Below, in pieces: positions 45,422 through 54,874 of a stretch of DNA of 64,000 nucleotides; position 1 is the first letter of the stretch, and each line of letters begins with the position of its first letter. The position numbers and the translations under genes were made by a program. The DNA is from Candidatus Onthoplasma sp. (lineage in GTDB: Bacteria; Bacillota; Clostridia; Christensenellales; UBA1242): positions 62,202-126,201 of the forward strand of contig JAZUAD010000024.1 of assembly GCA_045637825.1 (NCBI GenBank), read 5' to 3'. The notes beneath the pieces are model-generated. The model saw only the letters and a list, made by a program, of their open reading frames with translations. It was not told the DNA's origin and did no database searches.

Positions 45422-45427
45422 ATTTTA

Positions 45428-47140
45428 TTATAATTCACGCTTTTTAAATACTAGTTTTCCTATCAATAATAGTAGGGTAACAAAGCCAACAACATAAACT
45501 AAACTAATCCATATATTCATACCTTGATATACTATTGTATTAAATAATTTTCCAATAACTGTATTTGAAGTTAATCTAGTGCTTCCAAAATATGCAAATA
45601 GGTTAAGGTTGGTTAAAGGATTAAATCTTAGCCATGAACCAGCGCCAAAGAATATAGGTAAAATTAAATTAACGGCATATATAACCACTCCTACAACCAT
45701 ACTTAGTAGGTCTGATTTTAATACAGCGCTTAGCATCATAGTTAATGCGCTATATACTGCAAATATTAGCAATATGCTTAATATAAACAGTCCTATAAGT
45801 GCAAGTGGGTGAGCAACCAGTACTGAATTTCCGTTGAAAATCATTAATATATTAGCACTATCAAAACCAAACAAAATTCCACCAACTGATAGGGAAGTAA
45901 TGGTTCCAAATATCAACAATATAAACGACATTATTATAATAGCAAGATATTTACCAAAATATAATGAACTTCGCTTAATAGGGCGAATGGCAGTAAAACG
46001 CATTGTGTTATTACTAATTTCGCCTGAAATAGTATGAGCAGAAGCATATATTACAAATATCATTACGGCAATAGTAAATATTGACATAACAAAGAATGTA
46101 AAGTCGTAAGCATTTGCTTTGCCATTAGAGGTATGGGTAAACGATAAACTATTAGCAAAATCGTTAGCAGTACAATGCTTTTGAATATAATAATCATATT
46201 GTACTGACAATTCTTCTTGTTCATACAATGAAACTTTGTTATAACCAACTAAATTAACTCGTGCAGATTTGCTGTTAACATCATTTAAGGCACTAGCACA
46301 CATAGAAACTTGGTAAGAGTTTGTAAATATTTCCACACAATTAACATAGCGGTTAAATAATTCGTTAAGTTCATTTTTAGTTTTAATATCTTGTTCTAAA
46401 GTAGAATCTTGACTTACTTTTTGTTTTAAAGCATCTATTTTAATAACAATTTCTTCCATACGAGAAGTAATTAAGGTGTAGTAGGTCCCTGTTTTAGTAT
46501 ACTTTTTGGCAGTATCATTAAGGTTTGGATAAATTAATTCCTTAATACTTTTATACAAAGGTGTGCGTAGCTCATTAAAATATCTTTCACTTGCAAAAGT
46601 ATGGCTAAGTGGGGAAGTGTAGTTAATGATTATCTTATTAATAGCCGAATAAAGCTTTGTATAATTATTATTAGTAGTTAAAACATAATATCCAGTTTTG
46701 TTTTTAGTATATTCTAGTGCTTCATCTAAAGAAGTTTTTAATTTAGTTAAACTTTCATTTATACCTACTAGCAAAACGCTATATTCATCATCTGCAAGAT
46801 TTGGCTCATTATAAAGTATACAATATTCATCAAACTTAGTAAGCAAATTATTAATTTCTTCTTTATTATACTTAGTGTAGGTAGGTGAAGATGTAACATA
46901 AGTACTAGCATCATCAGCAATATTTTCAATAGATAATAAATAGTCTTGTTTTAAGTTGTTAAATGAGGTGTGCATATCACTTATAGTTTCGCCAACCAGT
47001 GAATGGGTGGTGACAGAGCGTTCAATAGGGTCATACATAAAAATGCCAGCTACTAACACACCGGCTAAAAGAATGGCTAGAATATATATCCCTATACGAG
47101 ATACAAGTTTTTTTAGTTCAAAACCAATAACTTTTCCCAT
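45428..47140 (-). CDS. ABC-2 type transporter permease with a large (about 300 aa) extracytoplasmic domain after TM1
   Basis: 570 aa. N-terminal TM, long soluble region, then 5 C-terminal TM segments. Directly downstream of the ATPase gene. Confidence 0.65.
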   Translation of the reverse strand: MGKVIGFELKKLVSRIGIYILAILLAGVLVAGIFMYDPIERSVTTHSLVGETISDMHTSFNNLKQDYLLSIENIADDASTYVTSSPTYTKYNKEEINNLLTKFDEYCILYNEPNLADDEYSVLLVGINESLTKLKTSLDEALEYTKNKTGYYVLTTNNNYTKLYSAINKIIINYTSPLSHTFASERYFNELRTPLYKSIKELIYPNLNDTAKKYTKTGTYYTLITSRMEEIVIKIDALKQKVSQDSTLEQDIKTKNELNELFNRYVNCVEIFTNSYQVSMCASALNDVNSKSARVNLVGYNKVSLYEQEELSVQYDYYIQKHCTANDFANSLSFTHTSNGKANAYDFTFFVMSIFTIAVMIFVIYASAHTISGEISNNTMRFTAIRPIKRSSLYFGKYLAIIIMSFILLIFGTITSLSVGGILFGFDSANILMIFNGNSVLVAHPLALIGLFILSILLIFAVYSALTMMLSAVLKSDLLSMVVGVVIYAVNLILPIFFGAGSWLRFNPLTNLNLFAYFGSTRLTSNTVIGKLFNTIVYQGMNIWISLVYVVGFVTLLLLIGKLVFKKREL

Positions 47141-47148
47141 ATTTCCTC

Positions 47149-48078
47149 CTAAAACAAGTCACTAGACGAATTATTATTAATTAAATCAAAGTAAATTTGT
47201 TCTAACGACTTATAAATTTTTGTAGTTTTGTATATTTTAATGTGTTTATATGTAAGGAAAGTGATTATACTAGCCAAATATTGTTCTTTAATAGGCACAA
47301 TAATGGTATTGCCAGCCACTTTTACATTAATCTTATATTTACGATTTAATAATTGTCCAGCATAGTTAGGATAATTTACATACATACACACACGTTGATT
47401 ATTTTCTAATTGCTTAGAAATATCGCTCATATTTCTAAAACTTAGCAATTTGCCTGAACGTAACACCGCTATTTGATTGCATATTTGTTCCAGTTCTGCA
47501 AGATTATGACTAGAAATTATAATAGCCATTTTTTCACGCTTTGCCAATAAGGTTAATAGGTTACGAATATCCTTAATTCCCTCTGGGTCCAAGCCATTTG
47601 TTGGCTCATCTAATATTAATAGTTTTGGTTTGTTTAACATTGCTTGAGCAATACCTAAACGTTGCTTCATACCTAGGGAGTAGGTGGATACCTTTTTATT
47701 AATAAACTCTTCCATTTTTAAAATTTTAATAATATTAGGTATACGAGCCAAAGCGGATTTGCCATAAAACTTGGCAAATAATTTTAAATTTGCCTTTCCT
47801 GAAAGGTAAGGATATAGTTGGGGTGATTCTACCACAGCACCTACTTGAGAAATTGCTTTTGTAAAGTTTTTTTCTACACTATAACCATTAATAAAAATAC
47901 TACCAGAAGAAATACTGGTAAGACCACAAATCATTTTAATAGTAGTAGATTTACCAGCACCATTTGGACCAATAAATCCAAAAATTTCACCCTCAAATAA
48001 CATTAAGGAAAGGTTATCTACAACCTTTTTGTTATTATATACTTTTGAAACATTATTTAATTTTAATACTGGAATCAA
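47149..48078 (-). CDS. ABC transporter ATP-binding protein
   Basis: Walker A GPNGAGKST, signature YSLGMKQRL, Walker B LLILDEPT. Confidence 0.9.
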   Translation of the reverse strand: MIPVLKLNNVSKVYNNKKVVDNLSLMLFEGEIFGFIGPNGAGKSTTIKMICGLTSISSGSIFINGYSVEKNFTKAISQVGAVVESPQLYPYLSGKANLKLFAKFYGKSALARIPNIIKILKMEEFINKKVSTYSLGMKQRLGIAQAMLNKPKLLILDEPTNGLDPEGIKDIRNLLTLLAKREKMAIIISSHNLAELEQICNQIAVLRSGKLLSFRNMSDISKQLENNQRVCMYVNYPNYAGQLLNRKYKINVKVAGNTIIVPIKEQYLASIITFLTYKHIKIYKTTKIYKSLEQIYFDLINNNSSSDLF

Positions 48079-48231
48079 AATTTAATACCCCTTTTTTGTT
48101 CTCTATTAATAATATTAGCATATTTTTTTATAAATGTAAATAAAATAAAAATAATTTAAAAAGTTTATTATAATATTTAAACTATGTTTAAAAACAGATA
48201 TATAAGCAAATTATAAATATATTAAGGAAGT

Positions 48232-49101
48232 ATGAAAAGCAGGGAATTTCACGATAGTATTTTAATGATTGTAGCAATGCTTGTGCTATTTAGCATAATG
48301 TTTTTTAATGTGTTTATTTTTCTTAATAACGTATTGTGGCTTAATATAACGCTTTATGCCATAATTTGCGCATTAATAATACTGACAATTTTTGGTTATT
48401 TGTTGCATAAAGAAACCTATTTAAAGTTAAGTGTTGTGGCAAGTATTGTGCTTATATTAGTTTATATAATGTATTTTGTATTAGTCAAAACTCACTTACT
48501 GGAACAAATTACATCATTTGATGATTTAAGACAATTAATACTGGGCTTTAAAGGGTGGGGGTTATTTACTTATGTTATAATCAACTTGTTACAATGTGTA
48601 ATTATTCCTGTCCCTACAACGTTAACAGTATTAGTAGGTTCTGCCATTTATGGACCAGCTCAAGCATTTTTGTATGCTACTATAGGTGTTATTTTAGGGT
48701 CAAGCATAGCGTTTTGTATAGGCAGATATTGCTCTCGTCCTGTAATTAATTGGATATTTGGCAAAGAAAAGATAGATAAATATCAAAATGTATTAAACAA
48801 ACGTGCCGAATTAATACTTTTTTTAACTTTAACACTGCCATTTTTTCCAGATGATTTAATATGTATGATGGCTGGAATAACGGATATTAAATACTTTAAA
48901 TTTTTACTAATTTCAATCTTTGCCAGAGGGGTGGGGTTGGCTACTATTAGTTTTTTTGGTAGTGGTAAAATTATACCCTTTTCGGGGTGGGGAATTGCTG
49001 TGTGGCTGGTAATAGGTATTGCTGTTATTGCTATAGGTATACTTTCCTTTAAAAAGAGAGATCGAATTAAAAAATTTTTAAGATTAGATGGTTCTAGATA
49101 A
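48232..49101 (+). CDS. TVP38/TMEM64 (DedA-related) family membrane protein
   Basis: 289 aa polytopic. PFFPDDLICMMAG family-type motif. Confidence 0.7.
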   Translation: MKSREFHDSILMIVAMLVLFSIMFFNVFIFLNNVLWLNITLYAIICALIILTIFGYLLHKETYLKLSVVASIVLILVYIMYFVLVKTHLLEQITSFDDLRQLILGFKGWGLFTYVIINLLQCVIIPVPTTLTVLVGSAIYGPAQAFLYATIGVILGSSIAFCIGRYCSRPVINWIFGKEKIDKYQNVLNKRAELILFLTLTLPFFPDDLICMMAGITDIKYFKFLLISIFARGVGLATISFFGSGKIIPFSGWGIAVWLVIGIAVIAIGILSFKKRDRIKKFLRLDGSR

Positions 49102-49131
49102 TAAAAAAAGCGTATTTAAGTGATACGCTTT

Positions 49132-50514
49132 TTATTTAGTTCTAAAGTTTTTAAATAATAAAATACTATACATAAAATCTAAAATTATTACGCAACTAAA
49201 TAGCATAGGAGCATAAAAACTAGCAAAATTTACTATTTTAAAGATATTAGATACTTGGCTTACATTGGATAGATTATATGCAATAATTATAATAACAAAA
49301 GTCAAAAATAGTGAGATTTTTATCCATAAATTACGTGAAACCGAGTATTTAAAGGGCTTAGAACAATATTTTAACCTAATTTTATTAATATTTGATATAA
49401 GCAAAGCAGGGTATAAGATAATTATCAAACACACTAATATTGCCGATATATAATATAGGGCACTATAGGAATATTTGTTACATAATACGATAGTTGCAAT
49501 AAACATTAAAAGCAATGTAACGCAAGTAATACTCATTTTTTGTATACGTTTAGTAATAGCTTGTTTACGTTTAATAGATGCCTTGTCTTTATCAAAATCA
49601 ATGTAATCTACATATTTAATTTCATCATCTTGTTCTTTAGAAACTTCCTCTAAAGGTTCTTTATTAAACTCTTCGATTTGTTTAACCATTTCTGGGTTAG
49701 GGGATAATTGCTCATAAAGTTTGTTTTCTGTCACATCAGGTATAATTGGTTCAATTTTTTCAAACAATTTAATATCTTCTTTCTCGTCAGCGTCAGTATT
49801 TGTAATATCCTCTTTTTTCTTAGAACTTTCTAAGGGTTCGCTATCGTCATATTCAATAGCGTCAAATATACTTATTGGTTTATTTGCAGGATCTTCCTCA
49901 ACAATTACTTCAGTAACAACCACGCTTTCTTGCTCTTCTTTTTGTTCTTTGGTAATTGTTTCAATAGGAGAGGTTGAATTACTAATACTTTGTGTCAAAT
50001 CAATATGTATTGGCTTTATTTCATTGTTGTCTTTAATGGTATTAAGGTTTTCATCCAAATTAACCTGTGTATCGTTAGATATTATAGTTTCTATTTTAAT
50101 TTCCTCAGTTATGATAGGGGATACGCTGGTTTCAATATTATTAGGTTGAATATCCGCAATTTTTTCAGGTTCTGGTTGAAAAGAGGCCTTTGCTTTAATC
50201 TCATCTAAAGTTAATCCTTCCTTGGTTAAAGTATCAGTTAATAATTGCTCAAAAGAAGGGTAGGTGCTAAGTTGCGCCTTACCATTATCAGTTAATTTAT
50301 AATAATGACGTTTACCCCCAATTTCACTATCTTGCCAATAGGAAGAAATAAACCTGCCTTGTTCAAGTTTTTTCAAAATACTATACAATGTGGGTTGTTT
50401 TATGGTGATTTTGCCATTAGAACTATCTTCTATTTGCTTAATAATCTCATAACCATATCTATCACCATTTACAAGTTGATACAAAATAATAGGAATTAAC
50501 TCAGCAGTTTTCAT
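49132..50514 (-). CDS. PadR-family winged-helix regulator fused to an acidic linker and a C-terminal multi-TM domain
   Basis: 460 aa. N-terminal YGYEIIKQI..LYSILKKLEQGRFISSYW..GGKRHYYKLT. E/D-rich middle region. Four C-terminal hydrophobic segments. Confidence 0.7.
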   Translation of the reverse strand: MKTAELIPIILYQLVNGDRYGYEIIKQIEDSSNGKITIKQPTLYSILKKLEQGRFISSYWQDSEIGGKRHYYKLTDNGKAQLSTYPSFEQLLTDTLTKEGLTLDEIKAKASFQPEPEKIADIQPNNIETSVSPIITEEIKIETIISNDTQVNLDENLNTIKDNNEIKPIHIDLTQSISNSTSPIETITKEQKEEQESVVVTEVIVEEDPANKPISIFDAIEYDDSEPLESSKKKEDITNTDADEKEDIKLFEKIEPIIPDVTENKLYEQLSPNPEMVKQIEEFNKEPLEEVSKEQDDEIKYVDYIDFDKDKASIKRKQAITKRIQKMSITCVTLLLMFIATIVLCNKYSYSALYYISAILVCLIIILYPALLISNINKIRLKYCSKPFKYSVSRNLWIKISLFLTFVIIIIAYNLSNVSQVSNIFKIVNFASFYAPMLFSCVIILDFMYSILLFKNFRTK

Positions 50515-50695
50515 AATAACTCCTTTTAATAATTATAAAATATAATACAACTTATTGTCAAATAATTTTAATAACTTGTATCCAAAACTAATGGCTAGAA
50601 TACTGATTGGCAGGGGAAGATACGTCGATTTACATTATAAACAATAAAAGAGTTAATACAAAACTTCAAATAGGGGAATAAAATGGACAATATTA

Positions 50696-50740
50696 ATCTA
50701 TTCGTAAAATACAGATTTTACGAATAGATATGTCTTTTTT
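50696..50740 (+). terminator. perfect 15-bp-arm palindrome plus T-run (terminator-like), carrying two inverted copies of the variant motif ATTTTACGAATAGAT
   Basis: ATCTATTCGTAAAAT-ACAG-ATTTTACGAATAGAT (50696-50729), then ATGTCTTTTTT. Confidence 0.4.
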
Positions 50741-51098
50741 CATAATATATTTTTAAAATTTGATTAATTGTTTAATTTTTGTATCTTTCAGCAATGTTTA
50801 AGTTTTTATAGATTTTATTATTATGTTATATTAGATTTTTATTTTCGACCTACATTTTATTACATTGCATTACAATCAATATCAATTAACACTATAAAAG
50901 GTTTTAAGTATTATAATTTCACGTGTTGTGTTTGTAGTTTTATTAAAAAAGGATATTTTATATATTTGTTGTTATAAACCTTAAATTTTAACAAACTTTC
51001 GGTCGACCAAATCCTTATCTTTTTATAACATCTCGGCTCTCAGAGCATTTTAGAAATTTGACTAATGTGACTAATATATACGAGTTGTAATGTTTTTA

Positions 51099-51134
51099 TA
51101 AAAAAGACCCAAACCATAAGTTTAAGTCTTTTTT
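51099..51134 (-). terminator. serS terminator (minus strand)
   Basis: On the minus strand: AGACTTAAAC-TTATG-GTTTGGGTCT (two G.U pairs) followed by TTTTTT. Confidence 0.7.
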
Positions 51135-51184
51135 AAAATTTTATTAAATTCAATACATTGTGTGCATCTAAATTATTATACGCT

Positions 51185-52477
51185 TTATTTTGTGGTTTTA
51201 GGTAAAATTACAGATTTTCCACCCATATAAGGTCTAAGCACTTCAGGTACAGTAATTGAACCATCTTGATTGTAGTTGTTTTCAACCAAAGCAATTAAAC
51301 CACGAGGACTTGCTATAACTGTATTATTTAAAGTATGAACCAAATAGGTTCCGTTTTCGCCTTTGGTACGAATATTAAGTCTACGAGCTTGAGCATCGCC
51401 AAGAGTTGAACAAGAACATACTTCAAAGTATTTTTGTTGACGAGGACTCCACGCTTCAATATCGCAAGACTTAACCTTTAAGTCAGCCAAGTCGCCAGAA
51501 CAACAATCTAGTTGTCTTACAGGGATATTCATATTATTAAATATTTCAACCGAATAAGACCACATTTTGTTATACCAATCCATACTTTCTTCAGGTTTAC
51601 ACAAAACAATCATTTCTTGCTTTTCAAATTGGTGAACTCTGTATACACCACGTTCCTCAATGCCGTGAGAGCCGATTTCCTTTCTAAAACAAGGTGAATA
51701 TGAGGTCATTGTAATAGGCAATTCGCTTTCCTTTACAATTTGGTCCTTAAAGCGACCTATCATACTATGCTCACTAGTGCCGATTAAATATAGGTCTTCA
51801 TTTTCGATTTTGTACATCATAGCGTCCATTTCTTCAAAGCTCATAACTCCTGTTACAACATCACTACGAATCATAAATGGCGGAATACAATAGGTAAATC
51901 CTTTATCTATCATATAATCTCTGCCATAAGCAATCATAGCTTCATGAAGTCTAGCAATATCTCCCATCAAGTAATAAAAACCAGCACCACTAGTACGTCC
52001 AGCACTTTCCTTATCCAAACCGCCAACGCTTTCAAAAATATCAGCGTTATAAGGGATTTCATAACTAGGAACCTTGGCTTCACCATAACGCTTAACTTCC
52101 ACATTTTCACTATCATCTTTACCAACAGGAACAGTAGCATCAATAATATTAGGTATTGCCATCATATTTTTCTTTAGAGTTAAGCTTAGTTCATTGACCT
52201 TATTTTCTAGTTCGGTTATTTTATTATTAATTTCAACCACTTCTTGCTTTTTAGCATTTGCTTCATCTACTTGTTTATTACGCATAAGAGCGCCAATTTC
52301 ACTACTTTTAGCATTACGACTAGCACGCAAATTATCACATTCTGTGCGCATTTCACGTACTTGTGTATCAAGGGTTAATATTTCATCTACCAAAGGTAAT
52401 TTGTGGTCTTGAAATTTCTTTTTTATATTTTCCTTAACTAACTCGGGATTTTTTCTAATCAAATTTATATCAATCAT
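51185..52477 (-). CDS. serS: serine--tRNA ligase
   Basis: ATG 52477 after AGGAGA. MIDINLIRKNPE N-terminus with coiled-coil arm. Class II core motifs. Confidence 0.95.
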   Translation of the reverse strand: MIDINLIRKNPELVKENIKKKFQDHKLPLVDEILTLDTQVREMRTECDNLRASRNAKSSEIGALMRNKQVDEANAKKQEVVEINNKITELENKVNELSLTLKKNMMAIPNIIDATVPVGKDDSENVEVKRYGEAKVPSYEIPYNADIFESVGGLDKESAGRTSGAGFYYLMGDIARLHEAMIAYGRDYMIDKGFTYCIPPFMIRSDVVTGVMSFEEMDAMMYKIENEDLYLIGTSEHSMIGRFKDQIVKESELPITMTSYSPCFRKEIGSHGIEERGVYRVHQFEKQEMIVLCKPEESMDWYNKMWSYSVEIFNNMNIPVRQLDCCSGDLADLKVKSCDIEAWSPRQQKYFEVCSCSTLGDAQARRLNIRTKGENGTYLVHTLNNTVIASPRGLIALVENNYNQDGSITVPEVLRPYMGGKSVILPKTTK

Positions 52478-52573
52478 ACGTATTCTCCTATCCTTAATAA
52501 TTGTATTATACCACCTTATATATTTTTTTGCAACTAACAATATGATATTTTACAAAAATTTTACTAATTTGTT

Positions 52574-52601
52574 TTGATTTTGCGAATAGTTATGGTATAA
52601 T
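52574..52601 (+). promoter_or_regulatory. promoter with extended -10 placed 6 nt from the ATG (apparently leaderless); the spacer carries the ATTTTGCGAATAG motif
   Basis: TTGATT 52574-52579, 16-nt spacer, TGgTATAAT ending at 52601, ATG at 52608. No SD. Confidence 0.45.
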
Positions 52602-52607
52602 GTTGTT

Positions 52608-53672
52608 ATGAGTGAAAATTATTTTTTAGATAGAAATCGTAAAAACTTACGACAATTAAACACCTTGTTAGACGAACTGCCTTCTTTTTGCAGTATTTAT
52701 TTTGTGGGAATTGCTTCACGTACTACTCCCCTAACCAGACTAAATTATGCTAGAGACCTTAAGATATTTTTTATGTATCTTACCAATTTTGAAAGGGCAT
52801 TTTTTAATAAAACTAATCAAGATATTAAAATTGATGACTTGAATAGTATAGATAGTCTTATGATTGAACGATTTGTGGCTTATTTAATTAGTTATGATAA
52901 CGAGCAAGGTATAATTAGGGCTAATGCTGATAGAGGGCTTGCACGTAAACTATCTAGTGTTAGGTCGTTTTTCCAATTTATGTTTGATAAGGACCTAGTA
53001 TCTTCCAACGTTGTAACTAAGGTTAAGATGCCTAAGATTATAAAAAAAGATATTATAAAACTTGAAAGTGACGAAGTTGAAGAACTATTAAAAACTAGCG
53101 AAACTTTAAATGGTTTTAGCAACCATCAACAAAAATATAACGAGCGTTTTATCCCCCGTGATAATGCAATGTTGGCGGTATTATTAGGCACTGGTATTCG
53201 TGTAAGCGAATTAGTAGGACTTAACGTTAATGATATAGATTTTAAGTATAATAGTTTTAAAGTTACTCGTAAAGGTGGCGCTCAAACAATTTTATATTTT
53301 TCTGACGAAATTAAAGATGTTTTGGTAAAATATTTAGAACTAAGAGATACGTTTAAACTTCCTGAAACCGAAAAAGCGTTATGGATTAGTATTCAAGGTA
53401 AGCGTATGGGCGTTAGATCGGTTGAAAATCTGGTAAAAAAATATGCAAAAGTATCTACCCCATTAAAAAAAATAAGCCCTCATAAATTACGAAGTACTTA
53501 TGGAACTAATCTTTACCATGAAACCAAAGATATTTCTGTGGTGGCGGAAGTTTTAGGTCATAAAGACGTAAATACAACCAAGAAATACTATGCAGCAATT
53601 AGCGAAACTATTAGAAAAGAAGTTGCCGACAAGGTTAAATTATATAAATCTCCTGAAGAAAATCAGAACTAA
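52608..53672 (+). CDS. tyrosine-type site-specific recombinase (XerC/XerD-like)
   Basis: 354 aa. Catalytic residues present: GIRVSEL (R), HKLRSTYGT (H-x-x-R), GHKDVNTTKKYY (H...Y). Confidence 0.85.
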   Translation: MSENYFLDRNRKNLRQLNTLLDELPSFCSIYFVGIASRTTPLTRLNYARDLKIFFMYLTNFERAFFNKTNQDIKIDDLNSIDSLMIERFVAYLISYDNEQGIIRANADRGLARKLSSVRSFFQFMFDKDLVSSNVVTKVKMPKIIKKDIIKLESDEVEELLKTSETLNGFSNHQQKYNERFIPRDNAMLAVLLGTGIRVSELVGLNVNDIDFKYNSFKVTRKGGAQTILYFSDEIKDVLVKYLELRDTFKLPETEKALWISIQGKRMGVRSVENLVKKYAKVSTPLKKISPHKLRSTYGTNLYHETKDISVVAEVLGHKDVNTTKKYYAAISETIRKEVADKVKLYKSPEENQN

Positions 53673-53735
53673 TGTTTGACAATTTTCGATAAATATGTTA
53701 TAAATTAATAAAATATAGTGTTTTTGGAGAAAATT

Positions 53736-54341
53736 ATGCGAAAAATTGACCAAGCATATGAGTTTATTAAGGATTATATCAAAACTAAGGGTTACCCGCC
53801 TACAATTAGAGAAATTTGTGAAGCAATAGATGTTCATTCAACCTCTACCGTTTCATACTATTTACGCAAATTGGAAGAAAGCAACAAAATTATTAAAGGT
53901 AGTTATAAAAACCGTTCTATTCAACTAATGGAAAACTTATCTCCGAATAATGATAATAATGAATTAATAGTTCTACCACATATTAAAACTATTGCAGAAA
54001 ACAAGCCTCTTATGTCAGAGCAAAATATTAGCACTAGATACACTATTTCTTCCTCTATTTTTAAAGGGTTAGATATGTTTGTTATGCCAGTTAAAGATGA
54101 TTTATTAAAAAATATTGGCATTTTTAAAAACGATATGGTGGTTGTAAGTCGTCAAAACGTTGGTCAAAGTGGCGAACTGGTGGTTGCTTATGTTAATAAT
54201 AATTATGTTATAGCACGAATATTTAAAGAATATGGCTTTTTCAAATTAGAAGTTTATGCGCCTAATACCGAACCTATATTTGTAGAAAAACTTACAATAT
54301 TAGGTAAAGTTGTTGGCGTTATTCGTAATCAAATAAATTAA
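53736..54341 (+). CDS. LexA-like repressor (wHTH plus S24-like fold) lacking the cleavage site and catalytic dyad
   Basis: ATG 53736 after GGAGA. N-terminal GYPPTIREI wHTH. C-terminal ILGKVVGVIR. See the finding for the substitutions. Confidence 0.75.
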   Translation: MRKIDQAYEFIKDYIKTKGYPPTIREICEAIDVHSTSTVSYYLRKLEESNKIIKGSYKNRSIQLMENLSPNNDNNELIVLPHIKTIAENKPLMSEQNISTRYTISSSIFKGLDMFVMPVKDDLLKNIGIFKNDMVVVSRQNVGQSGELVVAYVNNNYVIARIFKEYGFFKLEVYAPNTEPIFVEKLTILGKVVGVIRNQIN

Positions 54342-54377
54342 AAAGGACTTAATATAAGCCCTTTTTTTATTTTTAAA

Positions 54378-54821
54378 CTATAGGTTTGTATTCTTTTCAA
54401 TTTCTGTGCGTGCTAGTTCATCACAACGATTATTATATGGATTATCTGCATGACCTTTAACCTTAATCCACTCAATTTGATGATAGTCATTAAGATTTAT
54501 AAGGCGTTGCCATAATTCTATATTTTCAATAGGTTTTCGTTTAGCATTTTTAAAGCCATTACGTTGCCAATTACCCACCCAGTCTTGATTAAATGCATTA
54601 ATTACATATGCACTATCGCTATATAATTGTACTTTACAAGGTTCTTTTAACATTAATAATGCCTCAATAACGGCGGTTAATTCCATTTGATTATTAGTGG
54701 TTTCGGCATTATAGCCACTAATCTCTTTTTTAATATCCTTATACATCAAAATAGCCCCCCAACCACCAGGTCCAGGATTATAGCTACATGCACCATCTGT
54801 ATATATAATAATATTTTTCAC
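54378..54821 (-). CDS. rnhA: ribonuclease HI
   Basis: 147 aa. IYTDGAC..NNQMEL..SDS..HADN pattern (DEDD). Confidence 0.9.
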   Translation of the reverse strand: MKNIIIYTDGACSYNPGPGGWGAILMYKDIKKEISGYNAETTNNQMELTAVIEALLMLKEPCKVQLYSDSAYVINAFNQDWVGNWQRNGFKNAKRKPIENIELWQRLINLNDYHQIEWIKVKGHADNPYNNRCDELARTEIEKNTNL

Positions 54822-54841
54822 TACTACCTCACTATTTTAAT

Positions 54842-54869
54842 AAAAAACTTCCATCTAAATAATGGAAGT
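54842..54869 (-). terminator. terminator after tRNA-Trp (minus strand)
   Basis: On the minus strand: CTTCCAT-TATTTAG-ATGGAAG followed by TTTTTT. Confidence 0.75.
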
Positions 54870-54874
54870 ACTTT

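Noticed and set aside
50804-50831. dif-like site (TTATGTTATAT resembles the XerD arm TTATGTTAAAT/TTATGTAAACT)
   Set aside because: Only the AT-rich right arm matches: 8/11 to the B. subtilis XerD arm, though 10/11 to the E. coli arm. The central region and left arm match B. subtilis dif at 3/6 and 2/11. This is not distinguishable from chance in AT-rich DNA.
50768-50977. 69-aa ORF in the large AT-rich gap
   Set aside because: It has a TTG start, no RBS, and a Phe/Tyr/Ile/Cys low-complexity translation typical of random AT-rich sequence.
52478-52607. T-box or other riboswitch leaders for serS and proS
   Set aside because: The serS upstream region is only 130 nt and is shared with a divergent promoter, with no specifier or T-box sequence seen. 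The proS ATG overlaps xseB, so it has no leader.
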